A stretch of 64,000 bases of DNA. It comes from Candidatus Saccharimonadia bacterium (lineage in GTDB: Bacteria; Patescibacteriota; Saccharimonadia; UBA4664). A program made the position numbers and the translations under genes. The DNA lies in contig DATKIP010000012.1 of assembly GCA_035544015.1 (NCBI GenBank), forward strand, positions 99,483 through 163,482, in the 5' to 3' direction. Below the pieces are notes generated by a model. The model was given only the letters and a program-made list of their open reading frames with translations, had not been told where the DNA came from and searched no databases. Of the stretch, positions 58,432 through 64,000 are shown piece after piece; positions within the stretch are counted from its first letter, which is position 1; every line of letters begins with the position of its first letter.

Positions 58432-58602
58432 CGCTCGTCCGACGAAATATCGTGTTCAAGGAGCCAAACTTTTCCCTCACTCAGGCCAAGTCACAAACCA
58501 GCTCCAAAATTTTACTAAAATTTTGTGACATAACGCCTTTGCTGACAGACCGCATACCAGTATCTTGAAAGCACCGTCTGAGGAAAAGCAAGTCAACGTA
58601 GA

Positions 58603-58860
58603 GTGGGTAAAGAACAGAGGCAGCAGATGAAAAAAAACAATCTCGAAGACTATTTAGATTTTTATCTAGAACTTCCGCCGACAGACTACCTAAAAGACAT
58701 TGAGATCCAAGACGAATACGAGAAGCCGGCCGACCACACGATGCGTGGCCTCAGCGACGAGCAAGTCTCGCAAATTGCCGCCGACTCACTACGTGAGGCC
58801 AAACGCTCGCCGGCCACGCCGGCCCCCAAAGCTTCCGTCAACAAGCACCACAAATCCTAG
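58603..58860 (+). CDS. small hypothetical protein
   Basis: ORF followed by a strong terminator. No family. Confidence 0.3.
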   Translation: MGKEQRQQMKKNNLEDYLDFYLELPPTDYLKDIEIQDEYEKPADHTMRGLSDEQVSQIAADSLREAKRSPATPAPKASVNKHHKS

Positions 58861-58879
58861 ATAAGACCCCGCCCCCACC

Positions 58880-58904
58880 AAGTCGCCCCACGCGACTTTT
58901 TTTT
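58880..58904 (+). terminator. Rho-independent terminator (AGTCGC-CCCAC-GCGACT-T7)
   Basis: Read directly from the sequence. Confidence 0.55.
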
Positions 58905-58980
58905 GGACTTGACTGTTCGGATTTAGTTCGGTACATTGGTTCACGAGGGACACATTGGGTTTTACTTAAAGGAGAGTTTC

Positions 58981-59391
58981 ATGGCCGAATCAATCGAACA
59001 ACTACGTATCTACAAGACCGCCCGAAGCGCCGAAGACAGCGTCTACGAACTGGTCAAGACATTACCCGCCGACCACTTCTACGGACTCGGCAACGACCTG
59101 CGTCGCTCCAGCGCCGCCGTCTCACACCACATCATGGGTGCTCATCGCCTCTTCAGCTACCGACTTAAGCTCGACGAGCTAGCAGCCATGCGCCGCGAGG
59201 CTGAAATCACCCAGAAATTCCTCGATGAGGCCCGCCAGTTCGGCGCCACCGATGAGCTCATCACCGACTACACAGCCGTCATCAAGCAGTCCTGGGGGCT
59301 CACCAAATGGCTCAAAGCCCGCCTGGCCGAAAAGCAGGAAAAAGCCGAAGTCGCCGCCAAAGAAGAGCTAGTTGCAGCTATGGCATCGTAG
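58981..59391 (+). CDS. four-helix-bundle protein (23S rRNA IVS-protein / Avd-like family). Start refined to ATG 58981 with AAAGGAGAG SD
   Basis: QLRIYKTARSAEDSVYELVKTLPADHFYGLGNDLRRSSAAVSHHI matches the four-helix-bundle family pattern. Confidence 0.5.
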   Translation: MAESIEQLRIYKTARSAEDSVYELVKTLPADHFYGLGNDLRRSSAAVSHHIMGAHRLFSYRLKLDELAAMRREAEITQKFLDEARQFGATDELITDYTAVIKQSWGLTKWLKARLAEKQEKAEVAAKEELVAAMAS

Positions 59392-59411
59392 ACATTTCAA
59401 CAACACCCGTC

Positions 59412-59439
59412 AGCAGCTCCGCTCCACCGGAGCTGTTTT
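59412..59439 (+). terminator. Rho-independent terminator (CAGCTCCG-loop-CGGAGCTG-T6)
   Basis: Read directly from the sequence. Confidence 0.55.
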
Positions 59440-59567
59440 TTGATGCAAAATGCGCTCGTCCAGGGGTGGGCTCGTACTTGCTCAACGAACTCGACCTCTT
59501 AGCAAATCACCATCTGCCGTCTTGTCTGGCGCTTCGCTATCGTACGAACCCACCCCTTCCCGAGCGT

Positions 59568-60851
59568 TCACTCAAAATATCGCACCGTCCCAAACGGAAT
59601 CTTATCCTGCATCGGATTCTTGCTAGCCAGCACACTGGCCGGCATCAGCCGCTGCTCGCCATAGCGATCGTTGATAGCATTCATTGCCGCCTCAATCCGA
59701 TCCTGTCGCGCATCCTCACTCTCCCACAAATAGAGCTGATCCGACCTCACCGGCTCCAGCTCGTAGGTCGTCATCACGAGCGAACTCACCACCCGACCCG
59801 GCCACTGCTCCAACGAACGGCCAAACAGCTCCAGGGCCCGCGTGTACAGCTGGTCGCCCCGATACGCCGCCGTTTTGTACATCTTGCGCTCATGCCAACC
59901 CCGCGGCCCACCCCACGCCGGCCGGGTTCCCTCAGCCGGCTCCTGCACATACCCAAGCCACAGCATAAACCCCCGCGCCGCCAAATCATTCTTGCGCAGC
60001 CGCCGCGCCACTTTAGCGCTAGCCTTATATAGCAACGTCGCCAGCTCCTCCGGATCGGCCGTCCGGTGCTCCAGCACGTAGTTGCGCCCCACCGTGCGAA
60101 TCCCAAACGCCACCTCAGTCTCGTAGCCCCGCAGCCTCAAATACCAATGATGCCCATTCACGCTCCGAAACACCCGCTTACTCAGCGTCCGCTCGCTCGC
60201 ACGGTAAAACTCCAGCGGCGTATAAATCCCCGCATCACCCAGCCGCCGCTCCAGCCGCCGCTTAATGTACGGCAGCTCCACCAGCCGCATGAACCCATAC
60301 ACCGCCTCCAGGTTGGTGTGGTCGATCACGTACAAGCCATCCGGCTTCATAAACCCAGCCGCCACTTTGGCCAGCCAGCGATTAGGCGCGATACCCACGT
60401 TCACCGTCATGTAGTCACCCACCTCCTCGCGCACCCGCTGCTTGATCTCGCGCCCAATATCCTCCAGCGGCCGCCCCTTCAGCAGCCCCGCCATGCCCCG
60501 AAAATCAATAATCCCCTCATCCACCGATTTCATTTGCGTCACCGGCGAGTAGCTCTCAAAGATTCCACGTATCAGCCGCGTCACATGCTGATACTTCGCC
60601 GCGTCGCTCTCGCGCATCACAAAATTCGGCGCGATCCGCTTAGCCTCACCGTTGCGCGTACCCAGCTTAATCCCCAGCTGCTTGGCTTCGTGCGACGCCG
60701 CAATACAAATAGCGTAGTCATTCAGCCGGTTCGTCACCCCCACCGGCCGGCCCCGCAGCAACGGATTCGCCTGCTGCTCGGTCATCGCAAACGCCGAGTT
60801 CAGATCCAGGTGCATCACCTCCGGCCGCGCCGGGTTGGGTTTAAGCTCCAT
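59568..60851 (-). CDS. umuC: UmuC-like Y-family translesion DNA polymerase
   Basis: N-terminal HLDLNSAFAMTE...LRGRPVGVTNRLNDYAICIAASHEAKQLGIKLG is collinear with the UmuC DVN-type active site. GGAGAA SD. Confidence 0.8.
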   Translation of the reverse strand: MELKPNPARPEVMHLDLNSAFAMTEQQANPLLRGRPVGVTNRLNDYAICIAASHEAKQLGIKLGTRNGEAKRIAPNFVMRESDAAKYQHVTRLIRGIFESYSPVTQMKSVDEGIIDFRGMAGLLKGRPLEDIGREIKQRVREEVGDYMTVNVGIAPNRWLAKVAAGFMKPDGLYVIDHTNLEAVYGFMRLVELPYIKRRLERRLGDAGIYTPLEFYRASERTLSKRVFRSVNGHHWYLRLRGYETEVAFGIRTVGRNYVLEHRTADPEELATLLYKASAKVARRLRKNDLAARGFMLWLGYVQEPAEGTRPAWGGPRGWHERKMYKTAAYRGDQLYTRALELFGRSLEQWPGRVVSSLVMTTYELEPVRSDQLYLWESEDARQDRIEAAMNAINDRYGEQRLMPASVLASKNPMQDKIPFGTVRYFE

Positions 60852-60866
60852 CAGGGTTCTCCAGAA

Positions 60867-60895
60867 TTGACATAAATTTCAATAGTTGGTATAAT
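60867..60895 (+). promoter_or_regulatory. consensus sigma70 promoter TTGACA-17-TATAAT, divergent from umuC
   Basis: -35 at 60867-60872 and -10 at 60890-60895. Directs transcription toward the ORF at 60962. Confidence 0.5.
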
Positions 60896-60961
60896 ATATA
60901 AGAGAGTATTTCCCTGCTCCCCCACCCGTCAGTCAATAGCCCAGGAGAAAGGCGCTCTGGT

Positions 60962-61234
60962 ATGTTCGCATTCCAGCAATCCACTTCCCGCAATGGCGGG
61001 AGCCTCACTTGGATTCCCGACCCGAATACCCAAGCCCTACTGGAAACCGCCCCGCCAGAGATGCTTGCTTGCTTCGAGGAACTCATCGGGCAAGCCCTGA
61101 AAATGCTCGGGGGGATCATCACCGCAGCCATCCACAGCGATGGAGGCAGCGCCGAGCAAGTTTTCGGCGACGTGGATCGGGCCCTCACCGAGGTCGTCCA
61201 AAGAGGCGTCATTCGCCTCTCCAACACCGGCTGA
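60962..61234 (+). CDS. small hypothetical protein (90 aa)
   Basis: Consensus promoter and AGGAGA SD upstream. Confidence 0.4.
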   Translation: MFAFQQSTSRNGGSLTWIPDPNTQALLETAPPEMLACFEELIGQALKMLGGIITAAIHSDGGSAEQVFGDVDRALTEVVQRGVIRLSNTG

Positions 61235-61242
61235 CGCCCCGG

Positions 61243-61272
61243 CCCCACGACCGAACCTGGTTGTGGGGCCGC
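61243..61272. terminator. bidirectional hairpin between convergent small ORFs (GGCCCCAC-N14-GTGGGGCC)
   Basis: Read directly from the sequence. Confidence 0.35.
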
Positions 61273-61279
61273 GTCACGT

Positions 61280-61540
61280 TTAGCCATAAAACGCCTCCTT
61301 GAGCCGCCACTCCAGCGTCTCCGGATCGAGCTCCAGCCGAAAGGCCGTCTCGCCGGCCGAGAAGCTAAAGATATGCACCCGCTTCACTCCGCGCCGTTCC
61401 GGGTGGTACAAACCCATGGTCTCAAGCCGCCAGCGTCGACCCCGCCACTTCATGATGTGCGGCGTCACTCGCATCATTCCGCGCGGCCCCGGCGCAAACG
61501 ACGCCAGCACACTCACGATGTCGTCGCATTCTTCGCGCAT
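61280..61540 (-). CDS. small hypothetical protein (86 aa)
   Basis: Strong SD GAAGGAGG 6 nt upstream of the ATG. Confidence 0.45.
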   Translation of the reverse strand: MREECDDIVSVLASFAPGPRGMMRVTPHIMKWRGRRWRLETMGLYHPERRGVKRVHIFSFSAGETAFRLELDPETLEWRLKEAFYG

Positions 61541-61636
61541 AACCGGCCTCCTTCGTCTTGATATTATACCGAACTAAAGCCGAACGCAAGCATGAGCAAA
61601 GTCAGACCAACGCGCCAGGGGATTTCCCGCATATCG

Positions 61637-61683
61637 CAAAACTACCTATCACGCGAATACTACTCAGCTGATAGGTAGTTTTG
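61637..61683. promoter_or_regulatory. 15-bp perfect inverted repeat CAAAACTACCTATCA-N17-TGATAGGTAGTTTTG overlapping the stop codon of the nadD-GNAT gene
   Basis: Read directly from the sequence. No U-tract follows on either strand. Confidence 0.4.
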
Positions 61684-62731
61684 CGTGACGCATAAACACG
61701 GTCGGAATCACATCCGAGCTCGAAGTCTCACCCGTAAGTCCAAATCCATACCGCTCGTAGAAAGCGATCGCCCGCGCATTATACGAAGCCACCTCCACGC
61801 GCACCTCAGACACCCCCTCCAACCAACCCATCACCGCCTCCATCAGCCTATGCGCCGCTCCCGTGCCGTGATACCGCGACAGTATGTATAACGCCGTCAC
61901 CTCGCCGACACCATCCTCCCGGCGCTTACCGCAGCCAAATCCCACCACCCGGTGATCATCTTTGGCCACCACCACATACTCTTCATGATTGCCAATAATG
62001 TCGCGCCATTTAGCGATCCGCTCCGGCGATCGAAAGCCCTTCACCCGCTCCTCAATCGCCGCCCGAGGAATCCCCAGCGCCTCATTCGGATACGTCGCCA
62101 GCCACGCCTCATGCTGCACGGCCGCGATCCCCGCGGCATCATCCGGCACCGCCTGTGCCACGCCCACATACAATCCCCGCTCCCGAATGTACGCCAGCAC
62201 CCGCGGATCCAACTCACTCGGTCGCTCACCCGCCGCCAGCTGCCCCTGCACCACCCGCGACGACGCGGCCGCATGCTCCGCCACCTCAAACACCTGCACC
62301 TGCAGCCGCGAGTCCATCGCCGCCTCGGGCGCTCCAGCTCGCCGCGCCACCGCAAACCGCGCTCGCTCCAGCACCGGCTCCTGGTCTTCCCACCGCGCCA
62401 TCGCCGCCAGCACATCCGCCCCTACAATAAACACGAACTCGGTACCCGGATACGCCCCCGTCAGCCGATCAAAATCCGCCATCCGGTGGCGCACCACCCC
62501 CACATCATCGGGGTCACCCTCGCGCATCCGCCGCTCGCCCTCCAACGCCAGCTGCACCATCGCCACCCGGTCGGCCGCCGGCACCACCCCCGTCTTGTGA
62601 CCCGGAGCCGGATTCACCAGAAACCACACCTCGCGCAAATCACACGCACCCATCGCCGCCCGGGCCAGCGCCACGTGCCCCAAATGCACCGGGTCAAACG
62701 TTCCGGTCAGCAACCCCACCCGACGGCGCAC
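61664..62731 (-). CDS. nadD: fusion protein: nicotinate-nucleotide adenylyltransferase (NadD) N-domain plus a GNAT N-acetyltransferase C-domain
   Basis: N-terminal GLLTGTFDPVHLGHVALA (HxGH) and a NadD core of ~190 aa. C-terminal GNAT motif HRVVGFGCG...YHGTGAAHRLMEA...ARAIAFYERYGF. Confidence 0.75.
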   Translation of the reverse strand: MRRRVGLLTGTFDPVHLGHVALARAAMGACDLREVWFLVNPAPGHKTGVVPAADRVAMVQLALEGERRMREGDPDDVGVVRHRMADFDRLTGAYPGTEFVFIVGADVLAAMARWEDQEPVLERARFAVARRAGAPEAAMDSRLQVQVFEVAEHAAASSRVVQGQLAAGERPSELDPRVLAYIRERGLYVGVAQAVPDDAAGIAAVQHEAWLATYPNEALGIPRAAIEERVKGFRSPERIAKWRDIIGNHEEYVVVAKDDHRVVGFGCGKRREDGVGEVTALYILSRYHGTGAAHRLMEAVMGWLEGVSEVRVEVASYNARAIAFYERYGFGLTGETSSSDVIPTVFMRHAKLPIS

Positions 62732-62732
62732 G

Positions 62733-63383
62733 CTACACCCGCTCGGGTCGCACGCGGCTCACGATGAGGTCATAAATCTCTCTCGCCGCCTGCTCGCTTT
62801 TGCCGGTCTCATTGATCACCCATGTATAAAAACCCAATTCCTCAGCCCGCGCAATCTCCCGCCTAGCCTGATCGAGCCGGCGCTCAATCGAAGCCGCGTC
62901 GTTCGTGCCGCGCTTCTCGATCCGCCGCCGCAATTCCGCCAGATCGTCATCGAGCGAACCAGCCGTCGGCCGAATAAAAATAAACAGCTCATCGGGCAGC
63001 ACCTCATGCACAAACTCGGCCCCGTTCACCTCAATCTCCGTCATCACCGTCTCGCCCCCCCGCATATGCTCCAGAATCGGCTCGATCGGCGTACCGTAAC
63101 GCGCACCCTCGGTCAGCCCATTGGCCTCCAAAAACGCCCCCGCCCTCTCCTGAGCCTCAAATTCCTCCCGCGTCACAAAGGTGTACTTGTGGTGCAGCAC
63201 CTCGCCCGGCCGCGGCTGCCGCGTAGTAGTCGACACCGACAGCCACAATTTCTCATCGGCAAACCCCAGCATCTCGTCGATGACCTTGCCCTTACCGGCG
63301 CCCGCCGAGGGACCCGAAATAACCACCAAGCGACCCGGCAAGCCGTCAAACTTGCCCCTTAAGTTCTCGATGCGCATATCCAT
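62733..63383 (-). CDS. gmk: guanylate kinase
   Basis: P-loop VVISGPSAGAGKG and the Gmk core (YTFVTREEFEAQERAGAFLE...YGTP). Confidence 0.75.
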   Translation of the reverse strand: MDMRIENLRGKFDGLPGRLVVISGPSAGAGKGKVIDEMLGFADEKLWLSVSTTTRQPRPGEVLHHKYTFVTREEFEAQERAGAFLEANGLTEGARYGTPIEPILEHMRGGETVMTEIEVNGAEFVHEVLPDELFIFIRPTAGSLDDDLAELRRRIEKRGTNDAASIERRLDQARREIARAEELGFYTWVINETGKSEQAAREIYDLIVSRVRPERV

Positions 63384-63442
63384 TAGGCCGTATTTTAGTT
63401 GGGCCGCCCCAGCCTAGCAAGCCCCAAGTGCTTTTCCCCAAT

Positions 63443-63482
63443 TTTGAAAAAGTTATCCCCTGGCAATTTTTATAGTCATATG
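63443..63482 (+). promoter_or_regulatory. candidate NrdR-box-like tandem sites (TAGTCATATGACAA and ACATATAGTCATG) directly upstream of nrdR
   Basis: AT-rich near-palindromes 15-50 nt upstream of the nrdR ATG. The match to the NrdR-box consensus is only partial. Confidence 0.3.
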
Positions 63483-63495
63483 ACAACATATAGTC

Positions 63496-63939
63496 ATGAA
63501 ATGCCCGTTTTGCCGATCGAACCAAACCGAAGTCTACAACACCCGCACCACCAAATTCGGCACCCAGCTCTGGCGCCGGCGTCGCTGCCAGACCTGCCAC
63601 GAAGCCTTCACGACGTACGAAGCCGCCGACCTAGGATTCCTTCAAATCCGTGCCCGCAACGCCTCACACAGCCCCTACAGCCGCGCCAAGCTATACTCCG
63701 GCATCGCCGCCGCCTTTGAGACGCAGCCGGCCCCGCCCACCACCGTCGACGCCCTCACCGACACCGTCGAAAGCAAGCTTCTAGACCTAAAAAGCCCCGT
63801 GATCACCACGGAGCAAATTAGCGCTACCATTCTCACTACCCTGAGGCATTACGACACGCCGGCGTTTCTGCGGTATCTAGCCTCACACGCCGAGCTTCGC
63901 TCCAACGCCGAGCTCAAACGCCAGCTCAAAAACTACTAG
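63496..63939 (+). CDS. nrdR: transcriptional repressor NrdR (zinc ribbon plus ATP-cone)
   Basis: MKCPFCRSNQTEVYNTR...RRRRCQTCHEAFTTYE. Confidence 0.85.
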   Translation: MKCPFCRSNQTEVYNTRTTKFGTQLWRRRRCQTCHEAFTTYEAADLGFLQIRARNASHSPYSRAKLYSGIAAAFETQPAPPTTVDALTDTVESKLLDLKSPVITTEQISATILTTLRHYDTPAFLRYLASHAELRSNAELKRQLKNY

Positions 63940-64000
63940 CCGGCTACTTCTTGTCGCGACGATCCTTGTCACCTTCATTCTCTTCGGACACCACCACGGG

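Noticed and set aside
60852-60961. LexA/SOS box upstream of umuC.
   Set aside because: No GAAC-N4-GTTC (Cheo), TCGAAC-N4-GTTCGA or CTGT-N8-ACAG-type palindrome was found. Only GTTC...GAAT in the wrong orientation.

Overview
This is a high-GC (~65%) bacterial chromosomal segment. The cell-envelope gene set looks Gram-positive (MurT/GatD peptidoglycan amidation, LCP, PMT/GT39 plus Ppm1-like GT2, UgtP-type glycolipid synthase, CHAP, bactofilin, PilB). The taxon cannot be assigned from sequence alone; it could be Actinobacteria-like or a high-GC Patescibacteria/Saccharibacteria-like lineage. Housekeeping genes are smpB (5'-partial), guaB, infC-rpmI-rplT, rpmB, thrS, miaA, gmk, nrdR, murT-gatD, mntH, comM/yifB, tmRNA (ssrA), RNase P RNA (rnpB), tRNA-Pro(GGG), tRNA-Val(GAC) and tRNA-Val(CAC). 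Between these are lower-GC accessory blocks: (1) about 18.8-21.1 kb next to ssrA, holding an orphan RelB/DinJ antitoxin, a SAM methyltransferase and a 0.84-kb remnant islet bounded by 19-bp direct repeats of the tmRNA 3' end, with a frameshifted P-loop kinase inside; (2) about 36.4-41.2 kb next to rnpB, holding an overlapping Nudix/histidine-phosphatase pair, tRNA-Pro, a GIY-YIG nuclease flanked by a degenerate tRNA-Pro 5'-half copy, a VapB(AbrB)-VapC module, dut, and an intact IS630-family element with a TA target duplication that splits a 140-codon gene; (3) a tRNA-Val-flanked locus with a Gfo/Idh/MocA oxidoreductase, a TIM-barrel sugar isomerase-like gene and two tandem CdaR/PucR-type regulators. 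A second TA module (Phd-VapC) lies at 17.5-18.1 kb. Other notable items are an unusual NadD-GNAT fusion and a UmuC-like Y-family polymerase with no UmuD. No CRISPR arrays or rRNA genes were found. Many long Arg/Pro-rich ORFs in alternative frames are high-GC artefacts.
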